A stretch of DNA of 64,000 nt from positions 22,455,267 through 22,519,266 of the forward strand of contig NC_068989.1 in NCBI RefSeq assembly GCF_001194135.2, written 5' to 3'. Made by a program: the position numbers and the translations under genes. The notes beneath the pieces are model-generated. The model was not told the origin of the DNA. It searched no databases and saw nothing but the letters and a program-made list of their open reading frames with translations. Positions 1-11,212 of this stretch are shown here, one piece after another (position 1 is the first letter of the stretch; every line of letters starts with the position of its first letter). The stretch is from Octopus bimaculoides. Taxonomy: Eukaryota.

Positions 1-240
1 ATGACAAAAATATTGTTATAGTTATGATAAATGTATCATTATGATTAATGACACAGAAAATATCAAAAATGAGGCAAACTATTTTAATGTGCTAATAATT
101 TTAATGAATTAAGTATTATAACATTAATGTGATACTGTATACATACTTTTGCACCCTACTATATATATATATATATAGTTTTAGGGAAAATAACCAAGTT
201 TCAAGTTTTTACCTGTAATTTTGGATTTTGTCCCTAATAT

Positions 241-277
<37 letters not shown>

Positions 278-1160
278 TCTTTTACTTGTTTCAGTCATTT
301 GACTGTAGCCATGCTGGAGCATCGCCTTTAGTCAAGCAGATCGACTCCAGGACTTATTCTTTGTAAGCCTAGTACTTATTCTATCAGTCTCTTTTGCCGA
401 ACCACTAAGTTACGGGGATGTAAACATACCAGCATCGGTTGTCAAGCGATGTTGGGGGTATAAACATAAACACACAAACATATACAAACACATACATATA
501 TATGTCTATAATATAAATCCCATTCTGTCTGTGTGTGTGTGTGTATGTAAAAGATTATAACAACCGTATTTTACGACTGATTTTCTCCAAACTGGGAGCA
601 TACATTACTTATGTTCCAGAGATGGTTTTAGACTTAAAATTTTTCACATAATGAGTAATGGGCCCCCTGGGGGTAGAAAATACCTGTTCCTGGGTTACGT
701 GGAGAAGGGAGGTAACTTTTTGTGAAGTAACTTTCAGAAACTGATTGTCTCCCTTACAACCATCGGTCAGAAAATTATCACAATGTCACCTAATATATAA
801 ATTAGATATGTGTGTATATTTACTTTTCATGCGTATCTCTCTGTATCTATCTACCTATCTCTTATCTATTTATCTATCGACCTATATCTATCTTATTTGT
901 CTGTCTCGCTAGCTTTCCCTCTCTATATATATCTCACTCACTCTCTATTGCTTTCACTTTCATTTTTCAGACACTATTGTTTTCACTGTAAGATTTCAAT
1001 TGCTTCTTTCAGTTTTCATCTACCAAATCCACTCACAAGGCTTTGGTTGGCCTGAGGTTATAGTAGAAGACACTTGCCCAAAGTGCCATGCAGTGGGACT
1101 GAACACAGAACCATGAGGTTGGTAAGCAAGCTACTTACCACACAGTCACTCCTGTGCTTT
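278..1160 (-). mobile_element. tRNA-derived CORE-like octopus SINE (family A), split by an insertion in its internal (TA/CA)n tract
   Basis: 3' half at 278-490 (tttcagtcatttgactg...ttgtcaagcgatgttggggg) and 5' half at 995-1160 (cttctttcagtttt...cttaccacacagtcactcct) match the contiguous copies at 3193-3624, 15872-16267 and 53105-53504. Confidence 0.85.
505..808. mobile_element. Unclassified non-autonomous DNA element with Helitron-like TCTATA.. start, nested in a SINE
   Basis: Non-SINE block starting TCTATAATATAAAT and ending TATATAAATTAGAT, between the two SINE halves. Confidence 0.45.
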
Positions 1161-1680
1161 TGCATATATATATATATATATATACACTAACATACATATG
1201 ATATAAGTGTATCTATATATGTGTGTGTGTGTGTGTGTGTGTGCATTTGTGTGTGCTGTTCTATATGTATGGAGAATAAAAAGTCTATGGTAGAGTTCAG
1301 TATAATACATTGATAAACTGATAAAAGACTACTGTCAGAAAACTGAAACATTGTTTATTAATAATGATATAAGAAAATATTCACCATCAGTAGAAAGAAA
1401 ATCAACTGAAATAGACTAAGTTAAATTTGAATACTGTTTGTTTTATGAGTCTGGTACTTTTGTCTTTTGCAAACAAAGATTGCAATCTCTCACTATATAT
1501 AAAATTCTTTGTTTGTCTGTCTGTTCCCTATGCATTCTCAAACGGTTCTACCAAATCAAATCAAACTTTACAAGGTGATAGTATTATACCCTGCGAGTGT
1601 CAACATGTAAATTTTATTTTCATTTGCATTAAAACAACATAACATTTTCTTGAAAATAATCTTTCTATAGTCAACTATGA

Positions 1681-2420
1681 TAAAGGACATTTTATACCAT
1701 GATGATGCCACATTTTGTATATGAGTGTGTATGCTTCTGTGAGAGAGAGTATGGGTGTGTGTGTGTGTGTGTTTGCACATTTGTTATGTATGACATAGTA
1801 AAAGACATTTTATACCATAACAACGACGTCACATTTTGTATATAGGTGTATGTGTCTGTGAGTGTGTGTGTGTTTACACGTTCGTTACGTATGACATAGT
1901 AAAGGGCAGTTTATAACATAACAATGATGACACATTTTGTTTATGAGTATATTTCTGTGAGTGTGTGAGTTTGCGCATTCGTTATGAACAAGATAGTAAA
2001 GGACATTTCATACTACCATCATGACGATGGACATATTTTGTATATAGCTGTGTATGTGTCTGTCAGTGTGTTTGTTATATACGGCATAGTAAAGGACATT
2101 TTATATCACCACTACCATGACACATTTTGTATGAGTGTATATGTGTCTGTCTGAGTGTGTATTTGCACAGGTTATGTACGAGACAGTAAAGGACATTTCA
2201 TACCACGATGATGACAATGACACATTTTGTATATGAGTGTGTATGTGTCTGTCAGTGTGTGTGTGTGTGCATTCGTTACATACGACACAGTAAAGGGCAT
2301 TTTATACCACCACCACAACACATTTTGTATATGAGTCTATATGTGTCTGTGAGTGTGTAAAGGACATTTTATACCAGCATCAGCACCACAACCACCACCA
2401 CTACACATTCTGTATATGAG
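1681..2420 (+). repeat. Minisatellite, ~8 units of ~65-120 bp
   Basis: Recurrent TAAAGGACATTTTATACCA...CACATTTTGTATATGAGTGT units starting near 1681, 1799, 1900, 1997, 2089, 2186, 2291 and 2357. Confidence 0.9.
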
Positions 2421-2562
2421 TGTCTATGTGTGTTTGCATGTTTGTTACATAAATGTATGTCTGTGTGTGTCTGTCTTAGTATATGTATGTGAGTGTATGT
2501 GACAGTATGTGTGTGTCAGTGTATGTGAGAGTATATTGTGTGTGAGTGTATGTGTGATTGTC

Positions 2563-3150
2563 AATTACACAGATGTAAACTGGCTATGTGAAAGAGCTAT
2601 ACTGGCTCCAACTAATGAAATGGTTGATAAACTCAATCATGAACTTCTTCAAAAGTTAACAGATACATCAGAAATGACTTTTCCATCAATTCACACAACA
2701 GTTGATCAAGATCAAGCTGTTCAATACCCTGTTAAATATCTGAACACACTTAAACCCACTGGGATGCCACTGCATAACTTCACACTAAAGCCCCCCCCCT
2801 ATGTTACTTAAGAATCTTTACCCACGTCACCTGTGTAATGGAACTTGTAAACTGTTACTTCCATGAAGCCTCATGTCTAACAGGAAACAATCATAACAGG
2901 TAGTCACAAAGAAGAAAATGTTTTCATTCCAAAATTTCCTCTCATACCTACAGATGTTCCATTTGAATTTAAGAGGCTTCAGTTTCCAGTCAATCTCTCA
3001 AGGTAGTTGGACTTCATCCCTCAAATGTGTGCTTCTCTCACAGCTAGCTCTATGTTGGTTGCTCACAAGTTGGAAGCAGCAACAATTTATACATTTGGAT
3101 ACCAACAAAAAATTACACAATGAAAGTGGTTTACCCCGAGGTGCTTCAAG
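2563..3150 (+). mobile_element. Helitron RepHel PIF1-helicase C-terminal remnant, frameshifted
   Basis: Translations WLCERAILAPTNEMVDKLN...YPVKYLNTLKPTGMPLHNFTLK, then VFIPKFPLIPTDVPFEFKRLQFPV and FSHS*LYVGCSQVG, match PIF1-family motifs of Helitron helicases. Confidence 0.92.
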
Positions 3151-3192
3151 ATCAACAGATTTTCAGTTCTAAATTCTTTTATCATTACAATT

Positions 3193-3624
3193 CTCTTTTA
3201 CTCTTTTACCCTTTTTCTTGTTTCAGTCATTTGACTGAGGCCATGCTGGAGCACCGCCTTTAGTCGAGCAAATAATCGACCCCAGAACTTATTCTTTGTA
3301 AGCCTGGTACTTATTCTATCGATCCCTTTTGTCAAACCGCTAAGTTACGGGGACGTAAATACACCAGCATCGGTTGTCAAGCAATGTTGGGGGACAAACA
3401 CAGACACACAAACATATAAACACACACATACATGCATATATATATACATATAGATATATACGACAGGCTTCTTTCAGTTTCCGTCTACCAAATCCACTTA
3501 CAAGGCTTTGGTCAGTCCAAGGCTGTAGTAGAAGACACTTGCCCAAGGTGCCACGCAGTGGGACTGAACCCGGAACCATGTGGTTGGTAAGCAAGCTACT
3601 TACCACACAGTCACTCCTACGCCT
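3193..3624 (-). mobile_element. Family A SINE, full length, inserted in the Helitron 3' region
   Basis: tRNA-like head, gcaccttgggcaagtgtcttc core, central microsatellite and (gagtaaaa)n tail. Confidence 0.9.
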
Positions 3625-3725
3625 ATTCGGATATTTTTTTATAAAATATAGATATTTTGAAATAATTATTAGGAAAAAATGTATCTTTGTATTTATTGTT
3701 TACTAATCTGAATAAGAACAGCAGT

Positions 3726-3754
3726 AACCCGGGCAACGCCAGTAATTCAGCTAG
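3726..3754 (+). mobile_element. Helitron 3' terminus (decayed hairpin plus CTAG)
   Basis: aacccgggcaacgccagtaattcagCTAG|t downstream of the helicase remnant: GC-rich hairpin-type motif followed by CTAG and T. Confidence 0.75.
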
Positions 3755-4084
3755 TGTGTAATATTTATCAAGTGCTAAGCAATGTCATTATTTGTCTCTC
3801 TTAAATTTAGTTTCAGTGTAAATTTATTGATAAAATGTTTTCCATTTCTTTCTAATATTGCCCAACCCATGCCAACACGGAAAGCAGATATTAATTGATG
3901 ATGATGATAATGATGATGATCATGATCATCATGATCATGGTGATGATGATGATTGTGGATTTACTGTTGAATATTTTGAAAAAGGAAAAATTTTGATTTT
4001 GCTACTATTGCAAATTTCTAAATGTTCACTCAGTGAGATTTTTTTATTTTTATAATTTTCCTTCTCACTGTCATATTAGCTGTG

Positions 4085-4375
4085 CACTGTGTTACAGTCA
4101 TATAGGGAATCTCTAGTCTTATTAATATAATTTTCTTCACAATTGGGATAGGGCATGCAATATATCAAAATTTTAGTCTTGCAGTTTGTCAGCATTTATT
4201 TTGAAAGAGTTCCTATTTCTTAATTTTATCTCCAAATCTCTACAAACAAGTTTACTGCATGCCTCACATCTGCTGTCTTTACATGTTTTGATATAAAACC
4301 TAAGATTATTTTCTGGTGTGAATTTTGCTTTCATGAGGATTTTTAGTTTTTTGTTTTTCTTTAATTCCCCAGTTG
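4085..4375 (-). mobile_element. Penelope-like element GIY-YIG endonuclease remnant
   Basis: KKLKILMKAKF...KTCKDSRCEACSK (CxxxRCxxC linker), then after a frameshift NCKTKILIYCMPYPNCEENYINKTRDSL, resembling the PLE 'nlIY..C..C...YIGeT' motif. Confidence 0.75.
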
Positions 4376-5096
4376 ACATATTTCTGCTGATCATTGAGCT
4401 CTCTTTTATCACCCAGCACCTTTTATCATGACATCTCACAAGACAGAGAAAAAATCCCCTTCGATTGAGTGAAGTTGTAGTTTCATGAGGGAAGTAGTTT
4501 CATGCCTGGCACTGTATGACCAAGGGACAGGTCTTGCTGTAGAGGAGACACAAGGCTATCCCATATTATATAAGGCTGGGTGGGAGTAGACAATGAAGTC
4601 TACAATGAGATGTCAGAGCATACACTCAAGATACAAGAATGTGAGTATAAGAGAGAACAAAAATAAAGAATTAGGAAGAGCAGATGGATAAGTTCATTAG
4701 AGTGTGAGTGGAGAGTGAAAGATAGTTAGAGAGAGCATAGAGATGAATGTAATGAATGGAACAAGGGGAGAAGTGTGGCTAATGGTAAATATCAGTATGG
4801 TAGGTGGAAGGTGAATGAATAGGAAGGAAGGGATGGCAAGTGGTGGTACAGGAAGTGGGGAAGAGGAGCAGTATAAATTTTGTAGATAGACTAGATCAGA
4901 AAATACAGAGTTGACGTGCAAGGTGAGAGAATGGGAGGGGGATAAGAGCAAAAAATGTATACACATATTTTTTTCACATCTGGCCGTATAGGGCTTCCCT
5001 ATAAGTAGGTTATCTCCCTTGGCTAGGCAGCGCTCCATGTAGACAATTAAACTTCCGCAGACTATCCACGCTATTGTTATTGTTTTACGTCTTATC

Positions 5097-5323
5097 ATGG
5101 TTATAAAGCAGGTTGATGATTTAGCTATCGAAGTACTTACTGTGCCTGAGTTAAAGAAATATTTAAGATTATATGGACAGTATGTTACTGGAAGAAAGGC
5201 GGACTTGACTGAAAGGTTGAAAGGAATAAAAAAAATTGTCGATGAAGAATGTCAACAAAGTAAATTCATCGGACGATAAGTCTGAAATATCGGACGATAC
5301 TTCAGACAGGAATAAGCAGAAGC
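5097..5323 (+). CDS. SAP-domain ORF, frameshifted at a poly-A run and continuing into the N gap; probably transposon-borne
   Basis: LTVPELKKYLRLYGQYVTGRKADLTERL fits the SAP consensus (L.V.ELK..L...gL.t.G.Ka.Li.RL); an alternative frame continues LSMKNVNKVNSSDDKSEISDDTSDRNKQK up to the gap. Confidence 0.7.
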
Positions 5324-5658
5324 NNNNNNNNNNNNNNNNNNNNNNNNNNNNNNNNNNNNNNNNNNNNNNNNNNNNNNNNNNNNNNNNNNNNNNNNNNNNN
5401 NNNNNNNNNNNNNNNNNNNNNNNNNNNNNNNNNNNNNNNNNNNNNNNNNNNNNNNNNNNNNNNNNNNNNNNNNNNNNNNNNNNNNNNNNNNNNNNNNNNN
5501 NNNNNNNNNNNNNNNNNNNNNNNNNNNNNNNNNNNNNNNNNNNNNNNNNNNNNNNNNNNNNNNNNNNNNNNNNNNNNNNNNNNNNNNNNNNNNNNNNNNN
5601 NNNNNNNNNNNNNNNNNNNNNNNNNNNNNNNNNNNNNNNNNNNNNNNNNNNNNNNNNN
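5324..5658. other. Assembly gap
   Basis: Run of N. Confidence 1.
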
Positions 5659-5829
5659 GGAAATGTTCCCTATGTGGCCTGTGTGTTTTCTGTACTCTGT
5701 TTATCATTTTGTCCACGTTTTTTCTTGCAACGTCCTGTACCCAGATATGCATCTATATATACATGTAGATGTGGGTATGTACATACATGTCCGTATATAT
5801 GCATATACTCATATATTATTTGTATTACA

Positions 5830-5871
<42 letters not shown>

Positions 5872-6019
5872 ATATTTTAGACTAATGGGTATATGTTGAT
5901 TAATGTGTTGAAGTGTTTAGTAGAGCACTGGCACAGTTTGGGCGGCCTGATGTCATCCGCAGTTGGGGTATATTACTGTTGGAGCTACTTCAGGAACTCC
6001 GCAGTGTTGGTTGAGATAA

Positions 6020-6212
6020 TAATAATAATTTCTTAAGTAATCAGAAGATGGATTTGGTATTAATCTTTATTTTGGACAACGGTCATTTCGACCCATCCTG
6101 CTACTGTCCTTTCACCCATAAGGGACAGTAGCAGGATGGGTCGAAATGACCGTTGTACAAAATTAAGATTAATGCCAATTTCATCTTCTGGTTACTTCAG
6201 AAATTATTATTA
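6020..6212. repeat. ~190-bp palindrome (arms ~92 bp, loop ~9 nt)
   Basis: 6020-6111 is the near reverse complement of 6121-6212; core caacggtcatttcgacccatcctgctactgtcc / ggacagtagcaggatgggtcgaaatgaccgttg. Confidence 0.95.
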
Positions 6213-6251
6213 ATATTATATATATAGATAGATACATAGATAAATAAATAG

Positions 6252-6290
<39 letters not shown>

Positions 6291-6291
6291 G

Positions 6292-6322
<31 letters not shown>

Positions 6323-6759
6323 GCATGCATACACACACATGCACATACACATATACATACACACACACGAACATACACACACATGTAATTCAGGAAGAGC
6401 TCAAACAGTTATAGAAATAAGATGCCAAAAGCTGCAAGACACTAAGATAAATCCATAAAATTGCTAAAAAAAAAACCCAGCAAAAGTGGTTTGAAAACTA
6501 CAAGATAATCTATGGAAAACATTCCATAATGAAAACTAAATTACAACACAAAAATATGGAAAAATCAGGGTAAATCAAAGAAAACTATGAAACCATATTT
6601 ATAAAATAGACTATTATAAACTAATGTTGTTTACACGTACAACACAAATTCAAAAGGTGTGGAGGATTCATTTATAAAAGCTTTGATATTCTAAGGTCAA
6701 GAATGTAATTTGATCTGTGTTAAACACACGTGTTATTAGGAATCCTTCATTCTTAAAAC

Positions 6760-6990
6760 TTTAGCATTTAAACTGGCCATATCTAGCTTAAACATTCTAC
6801 CTGTTTTAATGTTCAAACTGGCTAGATCTGACCTCTCACACCTACCCAACAATAGCATTCTAAAAATAAAAACAAATGCATCATGAAAATCTTGAAACTA
6901 TAAGATAATGTATAATTAATTCAAAACAACATGCATAAATAAGCATTATAGTTGACAGAGTAATCAGAATGAAAAATAGTTAAGTAATTT
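6760..6990 (+). mobile_element. Dispersed repeat resembling a piggyBac-type MITE; related fragments near 8160-8215 and 34740-34932 on the minus strand
   Basis: Shared tttagcatttaaactggccatatc...ctctcacacctac motif; one copy ends gctaaaggg. Confidence 0.45.
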
Positions 6991-7019
6991 TATCTGTTCC
7001 TAAATAGTTTGATATTCTT

Positions 7020-7160
7020 CCATTGATGCTCTATTGCTTCAGCATGGATAATTTTATTTCACAATCTATGGATGCTTCTAAAGCTCTTTGACCATTCATA
7101 ACTAACTTCCAAATTTTCAATACCCGAATGCCTAGCTAACTTGTAAGCAGCACTTTGTAC
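7020..7160 (-). mobile_element. pogo/Tigger (TIGD/Jerky-like) CENP-B HTH remnant
   Basis: Minus-strand EVQSAAYKLARHSGIENLEVSYEWSKSFRSIHRL*NKIIHAEA resembles 'A.kla..lgiedf.aS.GWl.rFr.Rhg....i.GEa'. Confidence 0.6.
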
Positions 7161-7209
7161 TTCTACATTGCAGATACTATAATCACTGTAACTTTATTCC
7201 CTCTATTTC

Positions 7210-7254
<45 letters not shown>

Positions 7255-7336
7255 CTCAATAGAAAATTCTCTACTGGCGAGCTCTAATAACATTGAAACA
7301 TGTTTGTTGCTTTCATCAATTGAGTTTAAAGTCAAT

Positions 7337-7621
7337 ATCGTTGCCAGTACCGCTGGACTGGCTCCTGTGCAGGTGGCACGTAAAATACACCATTTTGAGC
7401 GTGGCCGTTCCCAGTACCTCCTGACTGGCCTTTGTGCCGGTGGCACGTAAAAGCACCCACTACACTCTCTGAGTGGTTGGCGTTAGGAAGGGCATCCAGC
7501 TGTAGAAACTCTGCCAGATCAGATTGGAGCCTGGTGTAGCCATCTGGTTCACCAGTCCTCAGTCAAATCGTCCAACCCATGCTAGCATGGAAAGCGGACG
7601 TTAAACGATGATGATGATGAT
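7337..7621 (+). mobile_element. Ceph-domain/RTE-related SINE (family C), young copy with (GAT)n tail
   Basis: gagtggttggcgttaggaagggcatccagctgtagaaactctgcc...ccaacccatgctagcatggaaagcggacgttaaacgatgatgatg. Confidence 0.85.
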
Positions 7622-8568
7622 AATTTGCATTGCCTTCATTTTCAAAAAAATTTGGATAGCTGATAGTACTGGAGTTATTTCACTTGGCTGTTTTGGAAAT
7701 TTAAGCACCTGTAAGGAGTTTTTGTCTACTAAATGTATGGATAATCTCATTTAATCAGAAATTTTCAACTTACTATGTTACATATAATAGGACTTATGAT
7801 ACCTAATTAGCAAACAGTTTCCTTAGAATGCTTTCTATACTTAAGATGCAGAAAGAACTGTTAGACTGGATTGCTGATCAGAGGAATAGTTGTTTCATTT
7901 TATCTCTGCTACAGATAAGATTGAAGACAACCATGATATCTCCTAATACATCACTTAAAGCAACTAATTGCTAAAATCAATGTTTTATGGTGAGAAATGG
8001 GTTTAGTGTATGACAGTAAACCAGATGTTAATTTCAAATCAGAAAGCATTATGATTTTCAACTTGGACAGATGGGTATATGAATGAAATCCATGTGGCTT
8101 TATCTCACTGGAAACTATTCAAGGGGTTGCTGAAAAGTTTCTAGCTTCAAAAGACAATGTAGGGCAGATGTGAGAGGCTTGATCTGGCTGGTTTAAACAT
8201 GAAACAGGTAGGATATTTGCACTGGATATGCTGGTCTAAATGCAAAAGGGTTTAAATGCTTTGATGAAATTTGCTTAAAACAACTCTTCTCATTTCATAA
8301 AATATTTGTCATTTGAATATCAGCAATGTTGATGTTATTCCATAATCACAGTCATAATCTATTTTCTTTATAAATGTGTTCAACATGACAACTTGCTTAA
8401 TTATCTAATCCATTAATAGCAATAGATATATGTTATTTAAAAAACTAGCTGGCCATTGAACTCTCCTATCTTCAGTGTAGATTTTTACTATGGGAGTTTG
8501 GTACCAACTTTTTCAAACAAATATTGAATATGGCTTGTATATGATAGAGACATATATAAGAGTGAATA

Positions 8569-8609
<41 letters not shown>

Positions 8610-8915
8610 AAGATATATATATATTTGATAACAGTTTGATTCAGCTTCATGGGGACATGTTTACATCAAATGATTGGAAATATTAAGCAATCTGGTGCTG
8701 AATCAAACTGTTATTAAACATATGTAACTCTAATTAAATGTTTCAGTGCAACTTGCTTTTATTTGTTCTCTCACTCCTGTGTTTGTGTCTTGTGTGTATG
8801 TGTACTTTAATTTCAAATAAGCTTGTCAAAATGATTACTAAATCAAGGAATCATAGTAAAACTAAAAGAAAAAGGAATAAATCAGAAGAAAATCAGTAAA
8901 AAATTGTTCACCTAC

Positions 8916-9065
8916 CTCCCCAAACCCTGGCAACTACTTCCAGTTTATATCGGTCTTCTGGAGTGTTCTGTGGTGTATTTGGTGAAATCTGAATGTAGAA
9001 TCTTTCCTTATTAAGAAGCTTTAGAATATCATTTGGACCAGTTTCTGCCACACTTCGGAATGTGT
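8916..9065 (-). CDS. Candidate internal coding exon of an unidentified host gene (150 nt, phase 1-1)
   Basis: Strong acceptor (tatttctcttctcttcag|), strong donor (AG|gtaggt), length divisible by 3, open frame xTFRSVAETGPNDILKLLNKERFYIQISPNTPQNTPEDRYKLEVVARVWG, non-repeat sequence. Confidence 0.6.
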
Positions 9066-9277
9066 CTGAAGAGAAGAGAAATAGGAATGAGACTATTGTG
9101 AAATAAATTCAATTTGAAGGAGTAAGTAATCAAATTTATAAGAGACTCAATCAACCCAACTTGTGCAGTTTGCTGCATACTGCAGATGTGGATGGCAGGA
9201 GATTGCTATCTGCAGAGTATTTCTATGGGTATGTATGTAGTTTCATGTGATCAGTGAAGTCTACTTTCAAAAGATGA

Positions 9278-9830
9278 TTTATTTGCTTTATTTGTCAAGT
9301 TACAACAAAAGCAGCCTAGCATTCAAGTAGAGGCTGTCGTGTTGCACTGGTCTCTGATCCCACACCATCACCAGTTCTTGTTCTTTAAAGCAAAGAACAC
9401 CGTCACTGAAGCTACCAGCTCCTCTTTGTTCATGAAGCCTAGTGAGTGTGGAAATTGAGCCATGGATCAGAATAAGTAATAATCAGAGGGAGCTAGGTCT
9501 GGACAATATACTGGATGTAGCATCAGTTCAACTCCATCAAGTTCCTGGAGTTTATTCCAAGTTGTTTGAGTGGTATGAGATCTTGCTGCAGAAGAGGTCA
9601 CTTTTTGTTAACCTACGCTAGGTATTTTAACCGATGCCAGGAATTTTTGACATGCAATGGCATACTGTCATTCCAGCTGTTCAGAGTACAGGTTGGCATC
9701 AGTGGTTCAACCATTGGAAACAAACTCATAGTGAATTATCCTCTCATAATTCCACCAGATGCAAAGCATCACCTTGTGTTTTAAACACCCATGTTTGGCA
9801 ACAGGTTTCAGAAGCTGGCTCTTGCTTAAC
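9278..9830 (-). mobile_element. mariner (DD34D) transposase 3' remnant
   Basis: KVMLCIWWNYERIIHYE and ELMLHPVYCPDLAPSDYYLF (decayed YSPDLAPSDY motif). Confidence 0.88.
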
Positions 9831-9863
9831 CATTGTTTATACAAGTTAAGATTGTGGAAAAAT

Positions 9864-10388
9864 ATCTCCCTCAGATTATGACTTGTTCCAATCCATGGCT
9901 CATGTCATGTGCTCACAATACCTCACAACCAAGAGGCGGCGGGAGAGCTTCAGAGAAGGTATTTTTTGCTTCAAAGAACAAGAACTAGTATCAGCATGGG
10001 ATAAAAGAAATGGCAGAAAGGTGGCTTCAGAAAGGGTGACGAGCTGGCAGAAACATTAGCATGCCAGGTGAAATGCTTAGCGGTATTTCGTCTGCAATTA
10101 CATTCTGAGTTCAAATTCCGCCGAGGTTGACTTTACCTTTCATCCTTTCAGGGTCGATAAATCAAGTACCAGTTACACACTGGGGTCGATGTAATCGACT
10201 TAATCCCTTTGTCTGTCCTTGTTTGTCCCCTCTATGTTTAGCCCCTTGTGGGCAATAATTAAATAAGAAAGGTGGCTTTAGACAGTGCAACACAATAGCC
10301 TCTTTGAATGCTAGGCTGTTTTTGTTGTAACTTGACAACGAAAACAAGTAAGCTCCCCAAATATTGCAAAACTTTTGACTCAACACAA
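9864..10388 (+). mobile_element. mariner 3' remnant with TIR, opposite orientation to the previous copy, interrupted by a SINE
   Basis: SPSDYDLFQSMAH...; the 3' UTR is the reverse complement of 9290-9350; ends ttgcaaaacttttgactcaacacaa|ta. Confidence 0.8.
10032..10265 (+). mobile_element. Meta-domain SINE (family B), young, with 17-bp TSD
   Basis: Core gactttacctttcatcctttcagggtcgataaatcaagtacc; TSD agaaaggtggctt[c/t]aga at 10015-10031 and 10266-10282. Confidence 0.9.
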
Positions 10389-11179
10389 TAATAATGATGA
10401 TGATAATGACGATGACAACGATGATTTAAAAGAGTTATAGAGTTAAAAATATAAACATTATTCTTAAGATAAGAATTAAAATTTAAGATAATTCAAATTA
10501 CTGTTTGATTTTCCTTTTTATTTGGTCATTTTCTAAATAATTGACAAGTTCTGATTGCTAAACAATTTTAAAATAATTCTCAGAATAATACTCATTATTC
10601 TTTAGAGAGAATCTATTCATTATGCTTAGGCAAGAATTCTGCAAAGAACAATCTGCTTCTTTTGTAATTGCCATCGTACATTTCTGGAAATTCACATTAA
10701 AACGTCATATTTGTATAACACTTCTTGTAACATGTATGTTAAGATTTAAATGATAATTATAATCTTTAATAACAATGGCTGTCATAGAGTTGTAGCAAGA
10801 TTTCAGCATTCCAAGTTCACATCCCAGATTTGGCACCTAACTTCACTTATATAGACAATGCTATTTCTAAGGAGCATTAAATGCACAAGGGAGGTCAATA
10901 TCATATTCTCCTCCTCTGTCTGTTAGGACATAAACCAATACCAGTTGTCAAGCAGTAGAGGGACACACACACACACACATACATATAAATACACATGACA
11001 GACTTCCACACAGTTTCTGCCTACCAAATTCACTCACAAGGTATTGATCAACCTAGAGCTATAATAGAAAACATTTTCTCCAAAATGGTTCACAGAAAGT
11101 AAAAAGCCATGCTTCCTACTCTCTTTACTGGGAGCATCCATTTCTGGTTTTCATCCTACTGTAATTAACTTTGCCTTTC

Positions 11180-11212
<33 letters not shown>

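Noticed and set aside
1681-2420. Regular repeat array that could be mistaken for CRISPR
   Set aside because: Eukaryotic context, homologous inter-repeat segments rather than unique spacers, and no cas genes.
505-3754. A single Helitron running from TCTATA at 505 to CTAG at 3754
   Set aside because: The 505-808 block lies inside a SINE whose halves flank it, so it is a separate nested insertion, and the base before TC is G rather than the expected A.
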